DNA of 64,000 nt from Mobula birostris (GCF_030028105.1 NC_092373.1:178661556-178725555), one strand, 5' to 3'. Shown: positions 38,128 through 51,260, counted from the stretch's first letter. Made by a program: numbers and translations. The notes: generated from the letters alone by a model not told the origin.

Positions 38128-38285
38128 AGTTAGATATGGCCCTTGTGGCTACGGGGATCAGGGGGTATGGAGGGAAGGCTGGTGCAGGGTTCTGAGTTGG
38201 ATGATCAGCCATGATCATAATAAATGGTGGTGCAGGCTCGAAGGACCGAATGGCCTACTCCTGCACCTATTTTCTATGTTTCTAT
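38128..38285 (+). mobile_element. Short CR1 3'-end insertion inside the Penelope-like element
   Basis: CR1 3' UTR with a ttctatgtttctat tail, flanked by the 8-bp duplication GAATAGGG (38120-38127, 38286-38293). Confidence 0.8.
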
Positions 38286-39168
38286 GAATAGGGTTCCTCG
38301 TGTCTTCACCTACCACCACACTAGCCTCCACACATAATTCTGTAACTTCCGGCATCTCTAAAGGGATCCCACCACCAAGCACATCTTTGCTGCCCCCTAC
38401 TTTCTGCTTTCCTCAGGGACCACTCCCTTGTCCACTTCTCCCTCCCCACTAATCTCCCTCCTGATACTTACCCTTGCAAGGGGAACAAGTGCCACACCTG
38501 GCCCTACACCTTTTCCCTCACTACCATTCAGGACCCCAAACAGTGCTTTCAGGTGAGATGACACTTCACCTGCGAGTCTGTTGAGGTCATCTACTGTATC
38601 CAGTGCTCCTGGTGTGGCCTCCTATATATCAGTGAGCCCCGATGTAATTTGGGAGACCACTTTGCCAAGCACCTTCAGTCAGTCTGCCACAAAAAGCAGG
38701 ATCTCTCAGTGGCCACCCATTTCAATTATACTTCCCATATCCATTCCAATATGTCAGTCCATGGTCTCCTTACTGCTGTGATGAGGCCACACTCAAGTTG
38801 GAGGAGCAACAGCCTATATTCCATCTGGATAGCCTCCAATTTGATAGCATGAACATCGATTTTTCGAACTTATGGTAATTGGTCCCCTCCCCTTCTCCTT
38901 CACCATTCCCCATTCTTGTTTCCTTCTCACACATTATCTCCTTCCCTGCCCATCACCTCCCTCTGGTGCTCCTCTCCCTTCCCTTTCTTCCATGGTCTAA
39001 AGTCCTCTCCTATCAGATTCCCTCTTCTCCAACCATTTATCTCTTTCACCAGTCAGCTTACCAGCTCTTTACTTCACCTCCCTGCCTCCTCTCCTGGTTT
39101 CACCTGTCACCTTCTACGTCTTGCTCCCCTCCCCCCACCTTCTTATTCTGACTTCTCCCCTTCCTTTC

Positions 39169-39206
39169 CAGTCCTGATGAAGGATCTTATCCTGAAATGT
39201 CAACTG
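39169..39206 (+). ncRNA. Minimal type-I hammerhead ribozyme-like motif in the Penelope terminus (decayed)
   Basis: CAGTC CTGATGA AGGATCTTATCCT GAAA TGTC AACTG gives a helix I arm, CUGAUGA core, helix II, GAAA, GUC triplet and the helix I partner. The deviations are CpG-type transitions. Confidence 0.55.
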
Positions 39207-39464
39207 TTTACTGTTTTCCATAGATCTGGTCTGCTGAGTTCCTCCGGCATCTTGTATGTGTTGATGTGGGCTTGCTACATTGGCACTGGAAGAATGACAA
39301 CACTTACAGGCTGCCTCCAGCACATCCTTAGACTGTGTTAGTCATTGATGCAAATGACACATCTAGTTGTATGATGTATATGTGACAAATAAATCTATTC
39401 TAATCTTTAAAGTTAGTGTTACCTCTCTACAACTATTGTTTGTCCTGCACTTAACAATTTGGGA

Positions 39465-41581
39465 AAACATTTAATTGGAGTAGAGGGAATGCTATTAGAC
39501 AGGAACTTGAGAACATAAATTGGGAGCAGATGTTCTCAGTGAAATGCACAGCAGAAATGTGGCAAATGTTTAGGGAACATTTGCATGGTGTTCAACATAG
39601 GTATGTTCTGTTGAGGCAGGGAAAAGATGGTAGGGGAAAAGAAGCATGGTGTACAAAGGATGCAGAAAAACTAGTTAAGAAGAAAAGAAAAGCCTGAGAG
39701 GTTCAAGAAACTAGGTACTATTAGAGCTCTAGAAAATTACAAGGGTGCCAGGAAAGAGCTTAAGAATGGAATTAGTAGAATAGAAGGGGCTATGAAAAGG
39801 CCTTGGCGAGCAGGATTAAGGAAAATGCCCAAGGCATTCTACAAGTACATGAAGAGCAAGAGGCTGAACAGTGTGAGAATAGGACCAAACAGGTGTGATA
39901 GTGGAAATGTGTGCATGGAGCCGGAGGAGGTAGCAGAGGTACTTAACGAATTCACCAGTCAAAAGGACTTTGGCAAAGTGGGGTTGACTTACAGCAGACT
40001 GGAATGCTTGAGTGCATAGATATTGAGAAAGAGGATGTGCAGGAGCTTTGGAAAGGCATTAAGTTAGATAAGTCGCCGGGATCGGATGAGCTGTACCCCA
40101 GGCTACTGTGGGATGCAAGAGGGGAGACTGCTGAGCCTCTGGGGATGATCTAGGGATGGGAGAGGTACCAGAGGATTGGAAGGTTGCAAACATTGTTCCC
40201 CTGTTCAAGAAAGGGAGTAGAGATAACTCAGGAAATTATAGACAGTAAGTCGTACTTCAGTGGTGGGCAAGTGTTGGAGGTGATCCTGAGAGGCAGGAGA
40301 TATGAGCATTTGGAGTGACTAAATCTGAGTAGAGATAGCAGCACAGCTTTGTCAAGGGCAGGTAATGCCTTACGAACCTGTTTGAATTCTTTGAGGATGT
40401 AATATAACACATTGATGAAGGTAGAGCAGTGGATGTAGTGTATATGGATTTCGGTAAGGCATTTGATATGGTTTCTCATGTAAGGCTCATTCAGAAAGTA
40501 AGGAGACATGGGATCCCAGGAGACCTTGCTTTATGGATTGAGAATTGGCTTGTCCACAGAAGGCAAAGGGTGGTGTAGATGATTCGTATTCTGCACGGAG
40601 GATGGTGACAGTGGTGTTTCACAGGAGTCTGTTCTAGGACCCCTCTTCTTTATGATTTTTATAAATGACCTGGATGAGGAAGTGGAGGGATGGGTTAGTA
40701 AACTTGCTGATGACACAAAGGTTGGGGGTGTTGTGGGTAGTCTGGAGGGTTGTCAGGTTACAGTGGGACATCAATAGGATGCAGAATTGGGCTGAGGAGT
40801 GGCAGATGGACTTCAACCCAAATAAGTGTGAAGTGATTCATTTCATTAGGTCAAATTTGAAGACAGAATATAATATTAATGGTAAGAATCTTAGTGTGGA
40901 GGATCTGAGAGACCTTGGGGTCCATCTCCATAGGACACTCAAAGCTGCTGCGCAGGTTGACGTTAGGAAGGCGTATGGTGTGTTGGCTTTTATCAACCGT
41001 GGGATTGAGTTCAAGAGCCGTGAGGTAATGTTATAGATAACATGACATTAGTTAGACCCCACTTGGAGTACTATGTTCATTTCTGGTCACCTCGCTACAG
41101 GAAGAATGTGGATACCATAGCGAGAGTGCAGAGGAGATTTACAAGGATGTTGCCTAGATTGGAGAGCATGCCTTATGAGAATAGGTTGAACTTGGCCTTT
41201 TCTCCTTGGAGTGACAGAGGATGAGAGGTGACATGATAGAGATGTATAGGATGATGAGAGGCATTGATTGTGTGGATAGTCAGAGGCTTTTTCCCAGGGC
41301 TGAAATGGCTAGCATGGGGGACATAGTTTTAAGGTGCAAGGGGATGTCAGAGGTAAGTTTTTCCACAGAGAGTGTGGGTGTGTGGAATGCACTGCCAGTG
41401 CCGGTGGTAGGGATGTATACAATATCTTTTAAGAGACTCTTAGATAGATACATGTAGCTTAGAAAAATAGAGGGCTATGCAGTAGGGAAATTCTAGGCAG
41501 TTTCTAGAGCAGGTTACATGGTCGGCACAACATTGTGGGCTGAAGGGCCTGTAATGTGCTGTACATTTCTATGTTTCTATG
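39465..41581 (+). mobile_element. CR1 LINE (~2.1 kb, decayed ORF2)
   Basis: KAFYKY, DKSPG, VPLFKKG, ADDTK and RPHLEY motifs; ttctatgtttctatg tail. Confidence 0.9.
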
Positions 41582-41848
41582 CAGGTCTCTAATTAGTTGC
41601 AGGTTTTGTGAACTTTGTGCCCCATTCATCACTCTGCTCAGTGCTAGATGCCATCATATTCCTAGCTCTGCTGGATTGGTCGATGAATTTACATAGGGTC
41701 AGCAGGCAAAGTTTTGAAAAAGGGCCATGGATGTGAAACGTTAACTGTGTTTCTCTCTCCGCATATGGTGCCTAACCTTATGGATGTTTTCAGCTTTCTT
41801 CAATAACATCCCTGTGCGGCGTGACATTCTACCATACAATATAACAAA

Positions 41849-42401
41849 ACTCAGTGGGTACTTTACTCGATGCCTCCTGTACCTAATGAGGTGGCCGCCG
41901 AATGTACGTTCTTGGTCTTCTGCTGCTGAGCCCCACCACCATCAAGGTTCCAACGGGTCGTGTGTTCACAACTGCTCCTTGGACACACTACCGCTGTAAT
42001 GTGTGGTTATTTGAGTTGCCACTGCCTTTCTGTCAGCTTGAACCAGTGTGGTCAATCCCCTCCGATCTCTCTCATTAACAAGATATTTCCCCACAGCTCA
42101 CTAGATTTTTTTTCTTGTTTTGCACAGAAGTCTCTCTTGAGACTGTTGTGTGTGAAAATCACAGGAGATCAGCAGTTTCTGAGATACTCAAACACCCTGT
42201 CTGGCACCAACGATTATTCCCTGGTCAAAGTCATTTAGATGGCATTTCTTCCCCATTCTGTTATTTGGTCTAAGCAACAACTGAACTTTGACCATTTCTG
42301 CAAGCTTTTATGCATTGAGTTGCTGCCACACAATTGGCTAATTAGATACTTACATTAACTAGCAGGTATCCAAGTGTATCTGATAATGTGGCCTCTGAGT
42401 G
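41849..42401 (-). mobile_element. Non-autonomous Tc1-like element, copy 2
   Basis: actcagtgg...gtggcctctgagtg-TA termini; the body is homologous to 33299-33919. Confidence 0.75.
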
Positions 42402-42527
42402 TATTAGTCATTATTGCTGTAAAATTCTTTCATTTTAAATAGAAATTGAGGTGACAATCTCAATGGCATTGCAAGATCAATCTTTTTATTCATTAAGTAT
42501 ACTTCAAAGTTCCTTAAGGTTGTTATA

Positions 42528-43097
42528 GCCTGGGTGGTAATGGGGACAAGCTCCCACTACCTATTGAATGCTCCCAATGGCATGCACCTCAGGGAGCCTC
42601 TGACAACCAAGTCCAGCTCCTGGCCTCCATGTGTGGCTTAGCTACTGAGCCTGGCAGAACTGCTTTTACTGACAGCAGAAGGGGCAAAGCCGAGTTACTG
42701 GCACCTTAAAACCAGTCGCTTCAGGCAGATGGGGCTCGTCAGCCATGGTTGGCAGCTCATCTAGGAGAAGGAAAACTGATCTCAAACCTCCACTGTCTTG
42801 TGGCTACACCCACTCATGGGGAAGGCTGTGGGAGTAAACCCTGAGGGAAAAATCCAGAGTTGGAGTCCCTAAAGCAGTCCTACGTTGAGTTCAACGCTGA
42901 CTGGCAACTCCTGTGATGCTTCTGCACCAAACTGTATTGGCCTCTGCAGTTCCTTTGAAGTATGGTGAGACGAGGGCTTCCGTTGGCCAGGATCGACCAT
43001 GAACATTGCGTTCTGGCCGTCTAGATACGCAAGCCTGGGAAGTACAATATGGAGAGCAAACTGTTGCCCATGCAACAAGCTCCCCCTCTCCATGCAT
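42528..43097 (+). mobile_element. RTE-related non-autonomous element (5' UTR-like sequence)
   Basis: ctaggagaaggaaaactgatctcaaacctcc...gggagtaaaccctgagggaaaaatcc...ggagtccctaa is recognised from memory as RTE-family 5' sequence. No second copy in the window. Confidence 0.45.
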
Positions 43098-44479
43098 CTG
43101 CCACAGCTTTTATGGGTTTCAGATTTTGTTTCACCTGACATTTTGCTGTGCAGTTGTGGGAAATGTTATAGCCTTCAGTACAGCCAGCCTGAGTGAAACC
43201 TAATTTTGGTTTGTCACCCACAGCCGAAGTGTGTAACTTATAACATCCACTTTAGCAGATGCAAGGCTGGAAACTGAACTCTATTTGAAAAGGCAAGTCT
43301 ATGGTCTTACACAGGGGCATTACAGTTCTGGATAGCCGAGAGGCTTTGCAGACTAGCACAAAGTCTTTTCATCTGCATGCTCCACTATTGCAGAGGAAGC
43401 CTGTGTGGCACCAAGTTGTGGGTGGGATGCTGGGTTGTAAAGAAGTGGGGGTTAGAGAGTATTGTGGTGGTATGGTTAGAGGAGATCGTAAGAGATAGAG
43501 AAGATCAGGCTGGTGAGAGTGGATTGGCAGGGGTAAGAACTTAAGGAGTAGGAGCTGCATTACCTTTCCCTTGGTACACTACCAGGTGAGAAAAATGCTC
43601 TCATCATCTATCTCTTTCAAACATACATGTTTCGGTGAGACCACCATATACTCTGAATTTCACAGAGTATCAGTCCACCCCACTGATAAGCCAACTCACC
43701 TTTCTCAGATCCCTACGTCACAGAAATCAGCCAGTTCGATTCTCTGAAAATCATATTAAGAAACAGCTATGAGCACTGGATACAGCAAGGACTAAGGGAC
43801 TAGACAGCATCCTATTTGTAGTACAGAAGACCTTCACAGCAGAACTAGTTATGCCTCCAGCTAAGCTACAACAGTGCAGTTGCAACACCGGAACCTTCCC
43901 ATGAATGTGGAAGATTGCCTTGGTCTACTCATTATATCATGTAGAGTTATCATATAAATATGGTAGGGTGCTTCCAATGCATCGGCAAGTTTGCGGCACT
44001 TGGAGGTTCATGGCAGGGAGAGTTTCTCCCTTCTGCTGCCTGTCAATCGGGACTTTGAGACTTTTTTTTTTACCATGCCCATGGTCTGCTCTTTATCAAA
44101 TTATGGTATTGCTTTGCACTGTTGTAACTATACGTTATAATTATGTGGTTTTGTCAGTTTTAGTCTTGGTTTGTCCTTTTTTTTTGTGATATCACTCTGG
44201 AGGAACATTGTATCATTTTTTAATGCATGCGTTTCTAAATGACAATAAACAAGGACTGAGTGTCCTTATAATCTAATCTAATAAGGTAAAAAAGGGTGCC
44301 AAGGGAAGAATGATATCGCTGGGTGATGGGCGGACTATTCAAATGTATTGGAGTGGGATTGCAGCTATCTGAGTTTACTAACAGAGAAATGAAGGGTCAG
44401 AATATAGTGTGAAAAATCTCAGTTCTGCCTGCAAATCTCTGAGCTTCAATCCATTAATTTCTTCTGTTTTTGGATTTGA

Positions 44480-44905
44480 AAAGGATGCTCCCAGGATTGG
44501 AGGACCTGTGTTATGGGGCAGATTGACAAGGCTAGGTCTTTATTCCTTAGAATGTAGGTGACCTTGGAGAAATGTTTAAAATATTAAGAGGCATAGATAA
44601 GGTGGAAGGTAGCAGTCTTTTTCCCAGGGTAAGGGAGTTCAAATTACGGGGCATAGATTTAGGGTGTAAGGGAAAAGGTTTCGAAGGGGCCAGAGGGGCA
44701 AATTTTTTCATGCGGAGCATGGTGCGTATGTGGAAAGAGCTGCCAGAGGAAGTGGTTGAGGCAGGTACTGTGGTATCATTTAAGAAGTTCTTGAACAGTG
44801 GTATACAGTGGCAGGGTTATAGAGAGACGGGCAGATCACAGGAAATTGGGATTAGCTCGCTGAGCACTGTGATCAATATGGATTCATTCGGCTGAAGGGC
44901 CTATA
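44480..44905 (+). mobile_element. CR1 3' fragment
   Basis: FKILRGIDKV...LFPRV...WKELPEEVVEAG followed by a 3' UTR. Confidence 0.75.
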
Positions 44906-45224
44906 TCTATGTCTTATCGTTCCAAGACTCAGTTTGGACAACAGCAAATCAGACAGAACCTAAATATTTATTGACATCATAATTTAAACAGGAATTACTG
45001 AAGGTAACAGAATTGTCCTAGAATTCTGTGTAAGAAAAATGGTAATCTGACCCCAAAATATCACTGTCGACGGAGTTCTAGAATATAAAATATTACTTTG
45101 TTTCCATTGTTGCATTATTCTTTTGGATTAAGACCCTTGCATGTCTTTATTTAATGTAGCAAAATGAATGCTACCATTTACCATCTGATTCAAGCAAACT
45201 AAAAGTCAAAAGTATTCGTTAAGA

Positions 45225-45352
45225 TCATCAGCAGGAAATGTGGCTAGTCGCAACTGTTTCTCTCTGACTAGAGTTAAACAGGAAGCAGAAGAATTTGAAG
45301 GCAAAAGGAACAATGCTTCGCTGTGTCTGAGGAGCTTCTAAACTGTCAAGAT
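45225..45352 (+). promoter_or_regulatory. Putative promoter / 5' UTR of the Ig-superfamily gene
   Basis: Non-repetitive DNA just upstream of the leader exon, with ETS cores CAGGAAATGTGG (~45232-45243, ETS plus RUNX-like) and ACAGGAAGC (45278-45286). Based on motifs only. Confidence 0.35.
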
Positions 45353-45437
45353 ATGGAGCTGAGTTCCTCCAGTCTCTACAGTAAACTTCTACCCTTAATT
45401 CAACTCATGCTTCTTCTATCTTGCACGGCTATTGCAG
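45353..45437 (+). CDS. Signal-peptide (leader) exon of the Ig-superfamily receptor
   Basis: MELSSSSLYSKLLPLIQLMLLLSCTAIA has a hydrophobic core and an A-x-A end, followed by a consensus phase-1 donor CAG|gtaaga. The phase matches the V exon at 60312; the link between the two is inferred. Confidence 0.65.
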
Positions 45438-46956
45438 GTAAGAATGCAGTTGATTTCAATATTTTTAGATTGTGGATTTTTAAAAATTACTGATAATACC
45501 AATGATCATTGGTTGCTGGTACCTTTGATTTAAGGAGGAACATCTCAAGTAGGCTTAAGCAGAAGGTTTAGATCTGTAATGTTACATTCAAATAAAAACT
45601 AAATGTTAGGGATAATCCACAGTTAATGCAGTATCGGTGGATAGAGTAACAGTCTACTGGAGGAACTCAGCAGCTTCTGCTGAGGAAAAAATAAATGTTG
45701 ATGTTTTGGCTTGAAACTTTGCATCAAGTTTTTCCCCTTCACCCCAACAAATGTTGCTCAAGCCTAGCAGATTGTTTTTTTTTGCTCCAGGTTCCAGTCA
45801 GTCCCTTGTGTCTCTATAGATTTCAGGTCAATGATCCTTTATCAAACTTGGAACATAGAGAAAGTAAACATATTCTATGTCATAGAGAAGACGAACAATG
45901 GAGAACAAAGTAAATGCCCCGACAAAGGGAGCAGGAAGGGTTTTTAAAGACCTGCTGAATATCACCATATTTTGTTTTAATTTACAGTTTTCAGCATCTG
46001 CAGTTTTATCTGAATTTGTGCTACATTTCAAAACTGCTCATTAGGCTTCAAGTTATGTTTGATGGGCAAATGGAAACATCATATTTGGCTACATGATGAA
46101 CTGTGGACACGTATAGAATTGACCATCCCATAAATAGAGTTCTGGTTTTGATGCACGAACGTTCCAGTTCATCAAATATGCAAATAATTTTATATTAACA
46201 GGTGGTGGATTTTTAGTTACCATATTATTCATTTTCAGGACGTCGGCCATGCACTCAAGGCCAACATTTATTGCCGTACTTAATTCAGTATTTCTCCCCT
46301 CTTGAGTCTTTTATTTTTGACACGTGCCAAGGTACAACAAAAAACTTGCATTGCATACTATCCATACAGATCAATTCTTTAAAATGCTACATTGAGGTAG
46401 TACAAGGTAAAACAATAACAAGATGCAGAATAAAGTGTTAGAGTACAGAGAAAGCACAGTGCAGACAGATGGTAAGGTGCAAGATACATTGTGGGATTAA
46501 GAGTCCATTTTATTGTACTGGAGAAACACTCAGTAGTCTTATAATGGCAGAACAGAGGCTGTCCCTGAGCCTGGTGGTACATGCTTCCAGGCTTTTGTAT
46601 CTTCTGCCCGATGGGAGAGGGAAGAAGAGAGAATGCTCAGTGTCTTTGATTATGTTGGCTCCTTACTGAGGCAGAAGTACAGACTGAATCCATAGAGGAG
46701 AGGCTGCAGAAAAGAGTGCATAAAAGATTTACAAGGACATTGCCAGGACTCAAAGGACTGGGTTTTTGAGATGATCAACAATCTAAGACGTTATTCATTG
46801 TGCAGAGGAAAAAGGATGGGTGATCATAGGTATAAAAAACCATGAGGGGGCATATATAAGGGTGAATGTGCAGTCTGAGAGGAAGTCGTTCAGTCTGGTA
46901 CCTTTGCAACATTTATAAGGCATATCCACAGATGCATGAATAGAGAAGATTTAGAG

Positions 46957-47036
46957 CAGGGGTACCCAACCTTTTTTAAGCCATGGATCCCTACCATTAA
47001 CCGAGGGGTCTGTGGATCCCAAGTTGGGAGCCCCTG
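46957..47036. mobile_element. 80-bp hAT/Charlie-like MITE
   Basis: TIRs CAGGGGTACCCAAC / GTTGGGAGCCCCTG; degenerate 8-bp flanks atttagag/gttcagag; inverted homologue of 33578-33657. Confidence 0.75.
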
Positions 47037-47599
47037 GTTCAGAGGGATATGGGCCATTTTCAGACAAATGGAACCAGCTTAGATGGGCATCTTGTTTGAC
47101 GTGAATGATTGGGACCGAAGAGCCTGGTTCAGTGCTGCATGACTCTACGAGCAGCCTTGTTGAACTGCTGCAAATCTGGTGAGGATTGTGGATTTGAGGG
47201 CTGCTGTTCAAGTATCACGGGAAAGTAACTGAAGCGCATGTTGCACCTGGAAGAAAAAACGGCAACTGATGTGCTCTCCGGTGGAAGGACTAGATGGTTA
47301 GTTGTTGCGAGTGGAATGCCCACCTAGTGGTCTGTGTATCCTGCCTGACGTTGAGCTCCCTCATATAGGCAGTTGGAGGATATTCTACCCCACTCCTGAA
47401 ATGTGTCTGCAGATTGTGGAGAGAAATTAGATTTTCTACCCACTTTGAACTGCTCAAGGAGCCGTAGTTTTTATTTGGCCGGTTCAGCTAAGTTACCAGC
47501 CCCCTAGAGCTGAAGGTTGTGAGCACAGTGATAGAGATCTTCTGAAAACCAATCAGATATAATAGCAAAGAAATACAGACAGCCTCAAAAATTTTTATA

Positions 47600-49510
47600 C
47601 GGTATATAAAGTTCAATACAGATACATTTTCTTTTTGCACCAAAATAGGGACATCAGTACTTGCTGATGTCAATCTGACTGGCAAGAGAGTGAAGCAAGT
47701 CAGAATGAGTGAGTACAGTACTAAATTTGTAACTTTTAGATAGTCAGTTTACAATCCAAAACTAGGGAAATGAATCTAAACAAGGGAGATTATGTAGGAG
47801 TGAGACGTGAGTTGCAATGCTAGGTTGTGGAGTTTCATTAAAAGGCATGATATTTGATGGGTAATAGGTGACATTTAAAGCAGAAGTACAGGAACAGTGA
47901 CTGTTATAATTCCATCCTTGACTAACCTTAAAATGCACAAGGATACATAACCCAACTTTGGCTAATATTAGCTACAAATTGTATTAGATCCAGTGAAGAG
48001 TAGTTTTGCCAGACTAAGTTGCAAACCTAAGTATTGGAAGTAGTTTAGGTTTCAGCTAAGTGAAAAAAATAATTAAAAGGGCACAAGTAGGCACTGAGAG
48101 TATACTTGCAGAGAACATAAAAGTAGACTCTAACAGTTCCTCCAGGTATCTAAAAAGAGAAAGTCAAAATGATGTCAAACATAAATCGCCAATAAAAATG
48201 GGAGAATTCGTCATAGGAATTGATGGATGAATTAAATGGTTCCACTTTGACAGAGGAGAATACAAGTAAACCCACAAAAATGTTAAGGAACCAGGAATCT
48301 AATGAAATTGGAGGATTAAGAACAAAAAGGAAAGAAACAGTGCTGATGAAATTAATGGCACCCAATAGATCCCCAGGACGTGATCACTTGCAACCTAGAA
48401 GACTGAAGGTAACCATTAGAAACAGTGGATGCAGTAGTAATCATTTCCAGAGTTCTATAGTTTCAGCACATTGAAAAATGGCAAAAGTAACTGGTGGATA
48501 TTGCAGGGATCAGTGTTTGGGCATCAGTCATTCATAATATTTATCAATGATTTAGATGAGGAAGAGAATGTAATATTACAACTTTTGCTACTGCCCTTAA
48601 ACGTAAGTGGGATTATAAATTGCGAGGAGGATGCAAGGGGTTTCAAGGCAAATTGGATAGACTGAGTTAATGGGCAAGGACATGGTGGATGTGGTATAAA
48701 GTGGATAAATATGAAGTTAGCCACATTGGTAATAATACAATGCAGGTACATCGTATTATTTAAAGTGTTATAGTGGGAAGCATTGATGTAGATATCCTTG
48801 ACGATGAGCCACCAAAACAGATCTCATGGCAGGCAGTTAAGAAGGCAAGTCTTTTATGACTTTCATAATGGAAGGATTTGAATATTGGAGTAAAGATGTC
48901 TTGGTACAATCATAAATTCCTTGGTGATACCACAAATGGAATATTGTGAACAGTTTTAGTCTCCTGAACCACATACAATAAATAATATATAAGCCATTGA
49001 GAGAGAACTAGAATGATTCTGAGAATGGTAGAACTGTCATACAAGGATAGATTTTATTCACCACAACTTAGAAAACATGAGAGGACAACTAAATAAACAT
49101 TCAATACTTGCAGGCAATAATAATTGGGCATCTAAAGGATTTTTCCCCTGGCTGGCACACCTAGAATGAGAGGTCACAATGTCAGGTACAGTGCAAAAGA
49201 TTTAGTACTGAGCTGAGGAAGAGACCTCTCCTGAAGAAGGGTCTCAGCACAGAATGTTGACTGTTTATTAATTTCCATGGATGCTGTCTGACCTGTTGAG
49301 TTCCTCCAGCATTTTGGGTGTTGCTGAGGAGACTTTTCACCCAGAGGGCGGTGAGCTGTGGAATTCACTGCCACCAGGCTTACTGGGATCGAGCCTCAAT
49401 TTTATTTTAGAATGAAATAGATATGTTTGCGGATGCAAAAAACATCATGGAGTATCGGTATCAGGAGAGAAGAGGACTGTGGTACTGAAATAGATGATAA
49501 ACACAGCTGG
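47600..49510 (+). mobile_element. Highly decayed CR1 LINE with a Penelope terminus inserted at ~49225-49325
   Basis: QGSVFG, FINDLDE and SPGxD remnants. The inserted ctgaagaagggtctc...gatgctgtctgacctgttgagttcctccagc block splits the NFFTQR-coding segment. Confidence 0.6.
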
Positions 49511-49799
49511 TACTGTTCTATATTCTATGTCTTCAGCACTACAGCAAGCATGTTGCCTGGTCCAGATATTTTCAACTATGCCTTGATATCTCGTACAGAG
49601 AACCAAGTTGGTCAAAGCAAGGCTTCTGTGATGGCGAGATATCAGGGGGAAGTCGAAACGGGTTACCTATTCAGCACACCTGGCTGGAAATGGTTGCAAA
49701 TGCTTCAGCCCTTCCCTTGATCGTTATAATCATTCAGCACGTGGACAGTTTTCTCCTGCTTGTTGTCTATTTGTCTAACACACCTCAAAATATGATTTG

Positions 49800-51260
49800 G
49801 CACATAGAACACAGAACAGGTACAGTGATGTTGTGTCAAACTAATTCAATTTGTAATAAAAAGCCCAACAAAAGTAATCAGTCTGCACAACGTCCATATC
49901 CTTCCATTTCCCACAGATTCACATGCCCGTCCAAGAACGCCTATATTGCACTTGACTCCACCACGACCTGTGGCAGCTTACTCCAGGAAACAACCACTCT
50001 TACATTAAATGAATGCTCACTGGAATAAGACCTTTCAACCCTGGAAAAAAGATAGCAGCTATCTATTCTCCCCGTGCCTCTCAGACCTCCCCTCTGTCTC
50101 CACTGCTCCAGAGAAAACAACCCAGGTTTATCTAACATCTCCTTATAGCAGATGCCCTCTAATCCAGATAGTATCCTGGTAAAATTTTACTGCACCCTCT
50201 CCAAAGCCTTGACATTCTTCCTATAATGACACAACCAGAATTCAATACAATACCCCAGATGCAGCCTAACACGTGTTTTGTAAAGGTGCAACATAATTTC
50301 CCGACTCTTGAACTCAGTTCCTCGACTAATAAAGGCAAGGATACCAAGTGCTTTCTTTACACCTTATCGACATGCAGCCACTCTCAAGAAGCTATAGACT
50401 TGAACACCAAGATCCTTCTGCACGTCAGCACTGTTAAGGGCCCTGTCATTAACAGAACACTATACCTTTACATTTGATCTCCCAAAGTGCATAACCTCAT
50501 AGTTGGACTGATTAAATTCCATCTGCCATTTCTCCACCTATATCCTGCTGTGTTCTTTGCTGGTCATCTATGTTATCCACAACACCACCAATCCTTGCAT
50601 CACCTTCATTGACTGGTAATAAAACAAACAGCTTAGGACCCTGTACAGATCCCTGCAGAACACCATGAGTCATGGAGCTCCAGACCAATACGCTCTTTCT
50701 TCTATTGGCAAGCCAAGTGGCCTAAGCACCTCAGATCCCATGCATCTTAATCTTCTGGCTGAGCCTCCCATGAGGGAACTTGTCAAATACCTTACTAAAA
50801 CCCATGTAGGCAATATCCACAGTTCTACCTTCATCCATTACCCTTGTCAAAAACTCAGTTAATTTAGTCAGACATGACATTTAGTCATGCCCTGCACAGT
50901 GCCACACTGACTGTCCTAGTTATGTTTTCCAAATGCTTAGATCATATTCCTAAGAATCATTGCCATTAACTTTCCTTGAACTGACTTGAAACTTACCAGT
51001 AAATAGTTTCTAGGATTATACCTATTTCACATTGGCTACTTGCCAGTTCTTCTGGATCTGGTCTGTGGCTAGACAAGAGAAGACACAAAGTTATCGGTCA
51101 AGGTCACAGCAATCTTATCCCTGCCTCTCTCAACAGCTTGAGATATATCCCATTGGGTTCTGGGGACTTAACCACCTTAATGTTCTTTAAGAGATTAAAC
51201 ACTACCTCCTCCTTTAGCTCAATATACCCGAACATCATCTTATACTCCACCTCCATGTGT
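49800..51260 (-). mobile_element. Decayed CR1 LINE
   Basis: The reverse complement carries CR1 RT and 3' motifs homologous to 33972-35500. Confidence 0.75.

Larger units (their letters stand above)
37391..39262 (+). mobile_element. Penelope-like element (RT, GIY-YIG endonuclease remnant and terminal repeat)
   Basis: SLYTS, ELALTLNNFSF, GVAMG, YIDDC and PFLDL RT motifs; HFTCES..VIYCIQCS..GLLYI GIY-YIG motif; the terminus carries CTGATGA...GAAA. Confidence 0.85.

Noticed and set aside
42590-42690. HDV-like ribozyme at the 5' end of the RTE-related element
   Set aside because: Plausible for RTE families, but I could not assemble a convincing P1/P2/P3/P1.1 double pseudoknot by eye. It needs an RNArobo or Infernal search.
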